From: a virus
Taxonomy: Duplodnaviria > Caudoviricetes
Length of the DNA: 64,000 nucleotides
Direction: 5' to 3' (one strand)
Virus record (IMG/VR): IMGVR_UViG_2974623408_000001
Span: 1-64,000 of that record
The number at the start of each line of letters is the position of its first letter. The first letter of the stretch is position 1. A model generated the notes under the pieces. The model did not search any database. It was given only the letters and a program-made list of their open reading frames with translations, and was not told the origin of the DNA. Shown piece by piece: positions 1 through 7,660 of this stretch. Position numbers and translations under genes: made by a program.

Positions 1-37
1 AGCAGACCCTAAAAGATGGTCTCTGACCTCTGGAGCG

Positions 38-385
38 GTGATTCTAGCCATTTCTAGGGCTTCTACGGCAAAAGAGCCGCCACTCACCGCGTCACAGATA
101 GTAGAAGCGGTGTTAAAAACACCCGAACCTTATAAGACAGCAGAAGATCATGAGATTTGGGAAAAATCGCGCCTTCTACTGGATTCTCCGGCTGAGATAC
201 TTGATTTATTGAGTGTATTGTGCGGTGAGGGCGAAAACTACCCAGAAGCGCCTGTATATACAGACGGCACGGTGTTTATGCTCACAGAAGCGGGTAAAGC
301 AGCCGCCGAGCAGATGGATTCAGACTGGCGCCAGTACTGCGGCAAGAGACTGGCTGAGAAGCCCGCCGGGATACGGGCACTCTAG
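38..385 (+). CDS. hypothetical protein, possibly winged-helix
   Basis: 115 aa ORF in a low-GC segment; TASQIVEAV and FMLTEAGKAAAE resemble wHTH ends; weak. Confidence 0.45.
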   Translation: MILAISRASTAKEPPLTASQIVEAVLKTPEPYKTAEDHEIWEKSRLLLDSPAEILDLLSVLCGEGENYPEAPVYTDGTVFMLTEAGKAAAEQMDSDWRQYCGKRLAEKPAGIRAL

Positions 386-447
386 AAATGGTTATTAACA
401 ATGGTCATTTAGTCGATTTATGGTTAATACCATTGTATCATTGTGTT

Positions 448-1050
448 ATGGCTAAACCAAAACGCATTAAATCATTTACTTCTACCGACGAATTGAACGC
501 AGAAATCACCCGGTGGGCTGGTTATTACCGCATTTCTGAATCAGAACTAATACGTAATACCCTAGATTCCTTCGTTAAGCGGTGCGAAAAACAATGCGCT
601 GACAACGGCACATTACCGCCGCCAGCCGTACCGCCGTTGCCCGTGCCTCAAAAGGGGAAGGCGTGGATATACGGGTTATACCTCGATAACCAGTGCTTTT
701 ACGTTGGTCAGACCACTAAACTCTACACTCGAGAAGGTCAACATCGAACAAAATACGGTGCTGATTTCGATTTTGAAGTGCTAGAAGAGGTTAATAACCA
801 CGAAAAATTAGATGCTGAACAGGATTGGATTCGTCATCTTCAGGCGCAAGGACACAAGCTCGATAACAAATGGTACCGCGGACCGGGCCGAAAACGAGAA
901 GGTATTACCCGCGATCCGATGATGCCACCGTGGGAGGAGCCTTGCTATATCTGTAATGATGGCACATGGCATCCGCCTAAGAGCAAAAATGAACTCGACA
1001 AAGAAGCAGAAATTGCGTCGTTGTTTAAAGGCGAAATAGCCGGGCCGTAA
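448..1050 (+). CDS. GIY-YIG endonuclease with N-terminal ribbon-helix-helix-like segment
   Basis: WIYGL...FYVGQT...R...E-QDWI GIY-YIG signature; ATG 448 lies 6 nt after a TATCAT -10 box (leaderless start); lower GC than flanks. Confidence 0.75.
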   Translation: MAKPKRIKSFTSTDELNAEITRWAGYYRISESELIRNTLDSFVKRCEKQCADNGTLPPPAVPPLPVPQKGKAWIYGLYLDNQCFYVGQTTKLYTREGQHRTKYGADFDFEVLEEVNNHEKLDAEQDWIRHLQAQGHKLDNKWYRGPGRKREGITRDPMMPPWEEPCYICNDGTWHPPKSKNELDKEAEIASLFKGEIAGP

Positions 1051-1436
1051 GGAAAAATGAAATGACAGGAAAAGCAGAATCTGCGTCGTCGTCTGAGACA
1101 GCGTTACCCCGCAAAGGCACAGACGTCCAAATAGATGCGCCCTTGTGGGAGTGGGCTCCGCCCTTCAAAGGCACCAAGCGCTCGCACCAGTCCGCCCGGG
1201 AAAAGGCGAAGGCGACAACATGGCTAGACACCAGAGACCAGCGGTGGTGGATCAACGCCAAGCATCTCGAGGGTCTGCCGCCCAAGCGTGTACTGCGCAC
1301 CAAGTTCACCTACCGCCAGTTCCTTCACTTGCTCTGGACCAGCTCTGAACTGTATGTCCATGCCCGTGTTGCTTTTGAAACTGGGACGCCTATCACCGAA
1401 CTTGACGCGTCTCGAAAAGCAGAAATTTCGTCGTTG
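1004..1436 (+). repeat. three copies of a 20-bp motif AAGCAGAAwyTkCGTCGTyG
   Basis: aagcagaaattgcgtcgttg 1004-1023; aagcagaatctgcgtcgtcg 1072-1091; aagcagaaatttcgtcgttg 1417-1436. Confidence 0.75.
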
Positions 1437-2510
1437 CGCAAGCGCCTGCGTCCGGTGAGAAACTTCTCCAAGCTGGTGCTGAACGGCGGCCCTGAAGGGC
1501 AATGGCTGGGCAAAACCCTGCGCCCTGAGGATGTCCATGAGGAGGTCGTCAAGCTGCACGCGAGCGGGTCACCAGGCTTCGACGCCATGACCGTTGCGGC
1601 ATCGTCAACGGCATGGGAAATGTTCGCCGAGGACACCATCTCAGTCGAGGAATACGCCCTCCTGAAGCAGCGTAAAGACCTTCCCGGTGTCCAGACCAAG
1701 GAAGGCTACGACCTGCACCGGCTCGCGAAGCATGCCGCCCGTGCCGAGACTAGCCTGGTTAGGGCAGAACCGCACACCGTCCGTGAGTACATGCCTGACA
1801 CCGGGATGTACGCCGGCGTCGGGTCTGAACTGGCCAAGAAGATCACCAACCCGCTCGAGGCGAGTGGCGTCGTCGACCCTGCCACGGGTGAGATCAAACA
1901 CGTACGGTGCCAGTTCGTCTTCACCCGTGACGTCCTCGAGGCGATGGGCAGCTCGGTTGTGCACCGTGACGTCAAAGAAAACTCACAATGCGCGAACATG
2001 GCTGTGCCTGGGACGATCAGATGTGAGATGCACGGTGGCCTGTACGCGTCACCGGATGAGACCCGCCGTCTGGTTGTGTCCAGCCAGCTGAAGATGTTCA
2101 CCCTGGCCGACCAGGCTGTCGCTACGATCGCTGACATCATGATGCATGGCACAAACGAGGCCACCCGACTGCGTGCCGCTGAGACCATTCTGAACCGCTC
2201 CGGGATCACCGAGGGTAACGACTTCGAGATGCCTTCGCTCGAGGGCAAGAAACAGGGCGCCGGCGAGGATGCCACCGACAAGATCAAGCGACGCCTGCAG
2301 AAACTGGCGAGCGTCACCGATGAGGACCTGGAGCGTATCCGTGCCGAGCGTGACGAGCGTACCGCTCAGCAGCGTGCCGACCATGAACAGCACCGTGCCC
2401 CCGGTCACGAGGTGATCGAGGGCGAGGTGGTTGAAGGGTCAGCCGAAGTGGGCCCAGATGAACGGGAGGGCGGCGATGGTACCGCCGATCACACCGGCGA
2501 TGATGAGTAG
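1062..2510 (+). CDS. putative terminase small subunit-like protein (C...CxMHGG domain)
   Basis: QCANMAVPGTIRCEMHGG followed by helical AVATIADIM...RLRAAETILNRSG, a pattern typical of actinophage TerS-like proteins; aagga RBS. Confidence 0.45.
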   Translation: MTGKAESASSSETALPRKGTDVQIDAPLWEWAPPFKGTKRSHQSAREKAKATTWLDTRDQRWWINAKHLEGLPPKRVLRTKFTYRQFLHLLWTSSELYVHARVAFETGTPITELDASRKAEISSLRKRLRPVRNFSKLVLNGGPEGQWLGKTLRPEDVHEEVVKLHASGSPGFDAMTVAASSTAWEMFAEDTISVEEYALLKQRKDLPGVQTKEGYDLHRLAKHAARAETSLVRAEPHTVREYMPDTGMYAGVGSELAKKITNPLEASGVVDPATGEIKHVRCQFVFTRDVLEAMGSSVVHRDVKENSQCANMAVPGTIRCEMHGGLYASPDETRRLVVSSQLKMFTLADQAVATIADIMMHGTNEATRLRAAETILNRSGITEGNDFEMPSLEGKKQGAGEDATDKIKRRLQKLASVTDEDLERIRAERDERTAQQRADHEQHRAPGHEVIEGEVVEGSAEVGPDEREGGDGTADHTGDDE

Positions 2511-2517
2511 CGTCATG

Positions 2518-2610
2518 TCACCTCCCTCGTAGTGCGATCCAGTAGATGAGTGCCATGACTCCGCACCATCCGACGAACAAAAGCACGTCGACCCAGTTGA
2601 TGTCGTGCAT
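2518..2610 (-). CDS. 30 aa single-TM micropeptide
   Basis: hand translation MHDINWVDVLLFVGWCGVMALIYWIALRGR; TAATG overlap with upstream stop. Confidence 0.55.
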   Translation of the reverse strand: MHDINWVDVLLFVGWCGVMALIYWIALRGR

Positions 2611-2969
2611 TACGGCTCCACGATCGATCGGAGGGTGTACTCGATGTCACCGGCGCGAGCTGTCCAAATCCAGACGAATGACCCGTTGGTGACCCTGTTC
2701 GGTGTCTGTCGTTGCCACCGTACGGCGTCGTGGAGCGCTACGCGTCGTGCGTCGGCTTGCCGCCGGTACGAGTCGATCACACCGGGTGACCGATGGGGCA
2801 GGAGCGAGGAATCCACGGCGTTCTGCACTTCGTCGTTGATGTACGCGACGACCGAATCCTTGGCGGTCTGCCAGTCGTCGGTTGTGGCGATGTTCACGTG
2901 GCACATGGCGGCGTGTTCGTCGTTGCTCGGGTTGACGTGGTCACGGGTGCCGTAGTACTTGGTGGACAT
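2610..2969 (-). CDS. hypothetical protein
   Basis: start reassigned to MSTKYY at the TGATG overlap with the upstream gene. Confidence 0.65.
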   Translation of the reverse strand: MSTKYYGTRDHVNPSNDEHAAMCHVNIATTDDWQTAKDSVVAYINDEVQNAVDSSLLPHRSPGVIDSYRRQADARRVALHDAVRWQRQTPNRVTNGSFVWIWTARAGDIEYTLRSIVEP

Positions 2970-3187
2970 CACGCACCCCGGATTTCGTCGATCTTCGCCT
3001 GGGCGATGACGTTGTTGGCTTCGTCCCGGAGCACGTACAGCGACGTCGTGCCAGCCATGCCGTGCTCTTCGAAACCCAGAGCCTGCGCCGTGTTGAAGGC
3101 GTGGACGAACGACTCGCACGTGGTCGTGGTGGTGATGATGTCCTCATCCGTCGGGACGATGACGGTCAGGAGGTGTGGTGTTGCCAT
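2969..3187 (-). CDS. hypothetical protein (first gene of a promoter cassette)
   Basis: leader acaccacgaaaggaaaaacaATG and promoter 3224-3256 upstream. Confidence 0.75.
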   Translation of the reverse strand: MATPHLLTVIVPTDEDIITTTTTCESFVHAFNTAQALGFEEHGMAGTTSLYVLRDEANNVIAQAKIDEIRGA

Positions 3188-3223
3188 TGTTTTTCCTTTC
3201 GTGGTGTTTTTGTTGATACGATG

Positions 3224-3256
3224 ATCGTATCACGTCACAACGCGGAGCGCAACCCC
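3224..3256 (-). promoter_or_regulatory. cassette promoter copy
   Basis: GGGG-overlapping TTGCGC-N17(ending CGTGA)-TACGAT. Confidence 0.8.
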
Positions 3257-3552
3257 GTAATCTCTTCGTATTCCTGCAGTGTGATCACTCTGCACGCGAT
3301 AGCACCGTGCAGCATGGCGTTGTAGGCGCCGTGCAGCGTGTCGTTGACGCCGCTTGTGATCTTGATACGCTCGATCCGCCCGTCGACACGGGTCCTGTAG
3401 TCGATGCTCCACAGCCACGCGGCACACGGGATGTTGTCCTCGTCGAGCGTGATGTCGTCCAGCTCGATGGCTGCCGTGTACAGGTCCCCTTCGTCGATGC
3501 CGCCCTTCAGTACGGTCGTGAGGGTCTTGTCCCCGATCGTTTCCCAGTCCAT
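3235..3552 (-). CDS. hypothetical protein
   Basis: 105 aa, aaggag RBS; 3' end runs into the next promoter. Confidence 0.7.
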   Translation of the reverse strand: MDWETIGDKTLTTVLKGGIDEGDLYTAAIELDDITLDEDNIPCAAWLWSIDYRTRVDGRIERIKITSGVNDTLHGAYNAMLHGAIACRVITLQEYEEITGLRSAL

Positions 3553-3562
3553 GATGTTCTCC

Positions 3563-3634
3563 TTATGTTGTCGTTGCTGCCGTGAACGCCACGATGACGA
3601 TCACGATGAGGGCGAACCAGAGCCAGTCGTTCAC
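3563..3634 (-). CDS. 23 aa single-TM micropeptide
   Basis: VNDWLWFALIVIVIVAFTAATTT; GTGA overlap. Confidence 0.45.
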   Translation of the reverse strand: MNDWLWFALIVIVIVAFTAATTT

Positions 3635-3930
3635 ACGACCTCCTTGATCTCGTCGATCAGCTCGTCCCCGACCTGCTTGCTGTCGTCGCTGACGTCGCCG
3701 CCCATGTAGATTTCCCTGATGTAGTGAGCCAACACGTCGCGCGTCGTCGCGTACACCCGGTACACGGGTGTGCCTTCGCCGGAGAGGGCGTGCTTGTTCG
3801 GGATGGGCACGAATGACATCGTGCTGTCGTTCACGTCGTCCTCACCCGGGTCGTTCGCCGAAAACGGGAGGTCGATGTACACGGTCATGACGGGCTCGCC
3901 GTACCAGTTGGCGGAATATACTGCGTGCAT
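3631..3930 (-). CDS. hypothetical protein
   Basis: start at MHAVYS after leader acgaaaggcaccacaATG. Confidence 0.75.
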   Translation of the reverse strand: MHAVYSANWYGEPVMTVYIDLPFSANDPGEDDVNDSTMSFVPIPNKHALSGEGTPVYRVYATTRDVLAHYIREIYMGGDVSDDSKQVGDELIDEIKEVV

Positions 3931-3970
3931 TGTGGTGCCTTTCGTGGTGGTGTTCGTTGTTGATGCATTA

Positions 3971-4003
3971 ATCCTATCACGCACACGTGCACAGCGCAAC
4001 CCC
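3971..4003 (-). promoter_or_regulatory. cassette promoter copy
   Basis: TTGCGC-N17(CGTGA)-TAGGAT. Confidence 0.8.
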
Positions 4004-4035
4004 TCATTGCTACATTACCGGCCAGTAACATAGCG

Positions 4036-4077
4036 AAACCCCCGCCGGGGAGAACACCACGAAAACCCCGGCGGGGG
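4036..4077 (-). terminator. GC-rich hairpin, probable leftward intrinsic terminator
   Basis: 12-bp stem cccccgccgggg 4039-4050 / ccccggcggggg 4066-4077, followed by TTT on the minus strand. Confidence 0.7.
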
Positions 4078-4114
4078 CCGCCCTGCTCGACGCGCCAAAC
4101 GGCGCGGAGCGGGT

Positions 4115-4279
4115 CTAGAAGGGCATCACCTTCTTGGCTTGACGGTACATGCTGGTCTTGGCACGCGGTTTGCGTGGCTTGTGCTGGCTCAGTTCGTCCG
4201 TGAGCCCGTACGTGAACGATGTCCCGAGGGCGAACGCCTGGCCCGCTGAGCGAGCCATGCGATGTCGTCTGTTGCCCAT
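4115..4279 (-). CDS. 54 aa basic hypothetical protein
   Basis: hand translation MGNRRHRMARSAGQAFALG...KKVMPF; fills the gap between 4284 and the hairpins. Confidence 0.5.
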   Translation of the reverse strand: MGNRRHRMARSAGQAFALGTSFTYGLTDELSQHKPRKPRAKTSMYRQAKKVMPF

Positions 4280-4283
4280 CACG

Positions 4284-4484
4284 TCACCACGTGATCCGTG
4301 CGATCGCGGGCGATTCGCCGCCGTCGTTGTACACGTGGAACGAGCCCACGGGGTCCTGCGACTGGAGGCCCCAGCCCTGGTCGTGAACGAACCGGCTGAG
4401 GTTCTCCTCGGCGAACAGGTAGTTGGTGTGCGTCTCCTTGAAGAGCACGCGATTCTGGTGGTTGATCACCGTGGCTGTGAACAT
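4284..4484 (-). CDS. hypothetical protein
   Basis: gaaggag RBS, promoter upstream. Confidence 0.75.
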   Translation of the reverse strand: MFTATVINHQNRVLFKETHTNYLFAEENLSRFVHDQGWGLQSQDPVGSFHVYNDGGESPAIARITW

Positions 4485-4525
4485 GTTGTCTCCTTCGTTG
4501 GTGTTTGTGTGGTGTTCGTACGTTC

Positions 4526-4565
4526 ATCGTATCACGCGGGGCCACGATGCGCAACCCCGCGTGAT
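4526..4565 (-). promoter_or_regulatory. cassette promoter copy embedded in a stem-loop
   Basis: TTGCGC-N17-TACGAT; inverted repeat atcacgcgggg 4531-4541 / ccccgcgtgat 4555-4565. Confidence 0.8.
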
Positions 4566-4569
4566 GCAA

Positions 4570-4896
4570 TCACCGTACGAGGTCGACCAGCGTGCCGATC
4601 CAGTCGCTGTAGGCGATCTCCTCCATCTCAGCGGCGTCGAGCATCGCGCTCTCGTGATCGCAGTCAGCCTCGTCGAACATGTCTTCCGGTCGCACCGTCC
4701 CGATGAGGTCGTTTCGATGCGTCAGGGCGGCCAGCATGCCGCACCCGTTCGACCAGATGGTGATGAGCACGTCCTTGTAGCCGTGTGGCTCACCAATCGT
4801 CACCTCGGCGTAGTGCGAGGCGCCGCGGGCGCGGTAGATGACGGCGATGTTGTCCCAGTTGTCGACGATCGTGGTGGCGTTCAGTGGTGCGGTCAT
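4570..4896 (-). CDS. hypothetical protein
   Basis: leader acgaaaggacaccacaATG. Confidence 0.75.
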   Translation of the reverse strand: MTAPLNATTIVDNWDNIAVIYRARGASHYAEVTIGEPHGYKDVLITIWSNGCGMLAALTHRNDLIGTVRPEDMFDEADCDHESAMLDAAEMEEIAYSDWIGTLVDLVR

Positions 4897-4925
4897 TGTG
4901 GTGTCCTTTCGTTGTCGATGTATTC

Positions 4926-4958
4926 ATCCTATCACGTTCGCACGTGATGCGCAACCCC
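4926..4958 (-). promoter_or_regulatory. cassette promoter copy
   Basis: TTGCGC-N17(CGTGA)-TAGGAT. Confidence 0.8.
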
Positions 4959-5131
4959 TACGCTGGCTCCCGCACGATGGTCAGCTCGCCGCGATACACC
5001 TGGTCCTGCAGGGCGCTGACGTCTGTGACGGCCTTGGTGCCGTTGCTGTACGTGACCCGCACGGCGCGCCCTGAGCGCTCTGCTACGAGGATATTGCCGT
5101 TGCGTTCACGGTACCGGCTGGTGGTGATCAT
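4958..5131 (-). CDS. 57 aa hypothetical protein
   Basis: hand translation MITTSRYRERNGNILVAERSGRAVRVTY...; ggagg RBS. Confidence 0.6.
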   Translation of the reverse strand: MITTSRYRERNGNILVAERSGRAVRVTYSNGTKAVTDVSALQDQVYRGELTIVREPA

Positions 5132-5132
5132 G

Positions 5133-5222
5133 TCAGAATACCTCCGCGATCTCGTCCGCGATGACGGCGAACATGAGGAACAGTGTGGTGATGGTGATGA
5201 TGAGTGTGGCTGTGGTGTTCAT
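5133..5222 (-). CDS. 29 aa leaderless TM micropeptide
   Basis: MNTTATLIITITTLFLMFAVIADEIAEVF; ATG 6 nt after TATGAT. Confidence 0.55.
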   Translation of the reverse strand: MNTTATLIITITTLFLMFAVIADEIAEVF

Positions 5223-5228
5223 GCATTA

Positions 5229-5287
5229 ATCATAACACGCCCCACAACGAAACGCAACCCCCGATCTGGTGTGATCAGGGGTTGCGT
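5229..5287 (-). promoter_or_regulatory. cassette promoter copy with overlapping stem-loop
   Basis: TTGCGT-N17-TATGAT; hairpin acgcaacccc...ggggttgcgt 5252-5287. Confidence 0.8.
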
Positions 5288-5307
5288 GGGCGGCCAGGCC
5301 CGAGAGC

Positions 5308-5550
5308 TCAGTAATCCTCCTCATCATCGTCGCCGAAGGCGAACGTTTCGTACGCGCTGATCTTGCCCCAGCTGGCGCCGTAGCGATTGTCCTTGTCGTG
5401 GGTGACGACGATCGCGTCCTCGCCGAAATCGCCGATCGCGTTCTCGACGGCCGCCAGCAGGTCGCCCAGCGTCATGCGGGATTCGGCCTGGTCGGCGGCG
5501 TAGCCGCGGTTGGCGCTGACGTTCATGACGGCGTAGGTCTGGTCGGACAT
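5308..5550 (-). CDS. hypothetical acidic protein
   Basis: leader acgaaaggcaccacaATG. Confidence 0.75.
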   Translation of the reverse strand: MSDQTYAVMNVSANRGYAADQAESRMTLGDLLAAVENAIGDFGEDAIVVTHDKDNRYGASWGKISAYETFAFGDDDEEDY

Positions 5551-5597
5551 TGTGGTGCCTTTCGTTCGTGGTGTGGTGTGTTTTTGTTTGTACGTTG

Positions 5598-5639
5598 ATC
5601 ATATCACGGGGGCGCGTCAAGCGCAACCCCCGTGATATG
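5598..5639 (-). promoter_or_regulatory. cassette promoter copy embedded in a 13-bp stem-loop
   Basis: TTGCGC-N17-TATGAT; catatcacggggg 5600-5612 / cccccgtgatatg 5627-5639. Confidence 0.8.
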
Positions 5640-5645
5640 CGATTG

Positions 5646-6059
5646 TCAGCCCAGCTGGAACGTGGGCGTGGCTGCCTTGACGAGGCTCACCTTCGGGGCC
5701 GGGGCGAAGGCGATGCGCTGACGCGCGTTGGCGAGGCCCAGCAGCACCGCGTTGCGCACGCGATCCTCGGTCGCGCCGTAGCAGAGCGCCTTGGCTGCAG
5801 CCCGCTGAATGCGCGTGATCTGCGCGTCGAAGGCGTCGCTCATCGCGTACGTGCCCTGCTTGAAGGCGATCAGCTCGCGATGACGCTCGACATGAACGGC
5901 GACCCGGGCGACGTTCTTGCTGGCTCGATTGCTGTTCGGGCCGACGGGCAGCCCCGCGTCGATGCGATCATTGATCCGGGCGGCCGCCTCATCGATGGCG
6001 TCGGCCACGACGGCCTGGGCGATGATGGCGTTCACGTTGTTGGTGGTGATGGCGTTCAT
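5646..6059 (-). CDS. hypothetical Ala-rich helical protein
   Basis: start MNAITT; 27 bp of leader plus start codon (6057-6083) identical to 5548-5574. Confidence 0.75.
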   Translation of the reverse strand: MNAITTNNVNAIIAQAVVADAIDEAAARINDRIDAGLPVGPNSNRASKNVARVAVHVERHRELIAFKQGTYAMSDAFDAQITRIQRAAAKALCYGATEDRVRNAVLLGLANARQRIAFAPAPKVSLVKAATPTFQLG

Positions 6060-6106
6060 TGTGGTGCCTTTCGTTCGTGGTGTCGATCGTTTTTCGATCT
6101 GGTATA

Positions 6107-6219
6107 ACCATATCAAGCCCCAGCGCAACGCGCAACCCCTATTTGGGAATTACAACGAACGTTGTCACGTAAAATTTTTTGCGCAGCCTATTGCGCAACG
6201 CGCCCACGCTTGATAGGAT
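6107..6219. promoter_or_regulatory. divergent pair of cassette promoters
   Basis: minus: TTGCGC-N17-TATGGT (6107-6139); plus: TTGCGC 6191-N17-TAGGAT 6214-6219. Confidence 0.8.
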
Positions 6220-6225
6220 TGTGTC

Positions 6226-6441
6226 ATGACAACGAACACCAGCCCCCGCCACACGCGCTACGACATCGACCCGCGCACCGGACGTTACCACTGCGATGAA
6301 TGTCATTGCTTCCTCGCCGAGGGCGACGCGTACCACGACATCGGTCACGACGAGGACGGCCCGTACGCCGACCTCATCATTGACTGCCGCAATTGCGGCC
6401 ACCACCAGATGGTGCGCCCCCTGACCCGAGAGGACCGCTGA
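6226..6441 (+). CDS. leaderless zinc-ribbon protein (CxxC...CxxC)
   Basis: CDEC...CRNCGH; ATG 6 nt after the -10 box. Confidence 0.7.
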   Translation: MTTNTSPRHTRYDIDPRTGRYHCDECHCFLAEGDAYHDIGHDEDGPYADLIIDCRNCGHHQMVRPLTREDR

Positions 6442-6699
6442 CATGCGCGCCCTTCGCCGGCTCTGGACGAGCCCGGAGCAGCGCCGCCTTGAGCATCTGG
6501 CCGCCTCATTCGAGTCCAGAATCCAGCACCCCGCCTACATCGCACAACGAGAAAGGGAGGCAGAAAAGATCGCCCAGTGGCTGAACCAGCGCCCCTAGCG
6601 GCGCGTACTAATAGAAGGCACGTGCGCCCTACCCCAGGGCTGATGCCCGGGGCAAGGGCGGGCGCTCTCAGCAGCGACGACAGACACCAAAAGAAAGGG

Positions 6700-6728
6700 T
6701 TGCGAAACGCACGAAAACACGATATGAT
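6700..6728 (+). promoter_or_regulatory. cassette promoter copy
   Basis: TTGCGA-N17-TATGAT, ATG follows at 6735. Confidence 0.75.
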
Positions 6729-6734
6729 AGACGT

Positions 6735-6881
6735 ATGAACACAAACACCAACCCCCAGCCCACCGCCTACGATCTGGCCCACCTCACGGACACCGTGTCC
6801 GAGGACGGCACCACCTGTGAGTGCGGGCAGGACGTATCAGACTGTGCGGCCACGCCCAACACGTGGAGGGAGACCATCTGA
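6735..6881 (+). CDS. 48 aa leaderless hypothetical protein
   Basis: hand translation MNTNTNPQPTAYDLAHLTDTVSEDGTTCECGQDVSDCAATPNTWRETI. Confidence 0.6.
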   Translation: MNTNTNPQPTAYDLAHLTDTVSEDGTTCECGQDVSDCAATPNTWRETI

Positions 6882-6884
6882 GAG

Positions 6885-7186
6885 CCCGCCCTGGGGCGCC
6901 CTACTATAAGGGTGCCCTAGGGGCAAGGGCCCTGCCACCTACAGGGCAGCATGCCCTGCCCACTACCACGGCAGCGATGCCTGGTTGGTACACAGGGCAC
7001 TAATTTGTGTCGTGTGCAGAAGCACTATTTGCGTCGTATGCCTGCAGGGGTAGCACCACCAGGGTGGTGGGTGGCAGGACCTGGGAGTACCAGGGTGGCA
7101 GTGCCCCCTGGGCAGCAGGGCGGAGGGCAGGCAGGCAGGCAGGCGAGTGCCCCACCCTGCAGGCGCAGGGCAGGGCAGCTGGTGCC
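6885..7186. repeat. non-coding G-skewed region of CAGGG/GCAG repeats
   Basis: many cagggca/ggca units, several GGG tracts and few CG dinucleotides; lies between convergent transcription units. Confidence 0.6.
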
Positions 7187-7444
7187 TCAGTGGAGCTTCG
7201 TGATCACGATGCGGGTGCGACCGTCAATCGTCGTCGTCGTGAACGTGCGTGCCTCTGCGTCGTACACAGGCGCCGCGTCGATGACATCGAACTCGCCGCT
7301 GTCGTACACCTCGTGCAGGGCAGCAGCGACGTCGGCCACGTAATAGTGGTAGCGATTGTTCGGGTTGACGACGCTGGTGACGGCGATGCTGGCGCCGAAC
7401 TGGCTGAAATCGGCGGCGAGCTGGGGGCGGGCGTGTGCGGTCAT
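7187..7444 (-). CDS. hypothetical protein
   Basis: aaggag RBS; promoter 7484-7516. Confidence 0.75.
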   Translation of the reverse strand: MTAHARPQLAADFSQFGASIAVTSVVNPNNRYHYYVADVAAALHEVYDSGEFDVIDAAPVYDAEARTFTTTTIDGRTRIVITKLH

Positions 7445-7483
7445 TTCGGGCTCCTTGGTGGTGTTCGTTTTCGTTGTACGTTT

Positions 7484-7516
7484 ATCGTATCACGCCAGCG
7501 CGCAACGCGCAACCCC
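7484..7516 (-). promoter_or_regulatory. cassette promoter copy
   Basis: TTGCGC-N17(CGTGA)-TACGAT. Confidence 0.8.
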
Positions 7517-7660
7517 TTTGCCATAAAAAATTCGACATTTGCTAAAGTGAAATCGCTCGCGGCGGCGCCTACGGGCGGCACTTCGCCACTTACCGAGTCA
7601 GACCCTATACAAGCCTTTCGGTGTGCACCTGAAAGTGTCATCTCTCCCCTCCCCTCCTTG

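Noticed and set aside
3224-7516. CRISPR-like array from the recurring gcgcaacccc repeats
   Set aside because: Spacing is irregular and mostly hundreds of bp, the intervals are genes, and the repeat resolves into -35/-10 boxes; no cas genes seen.
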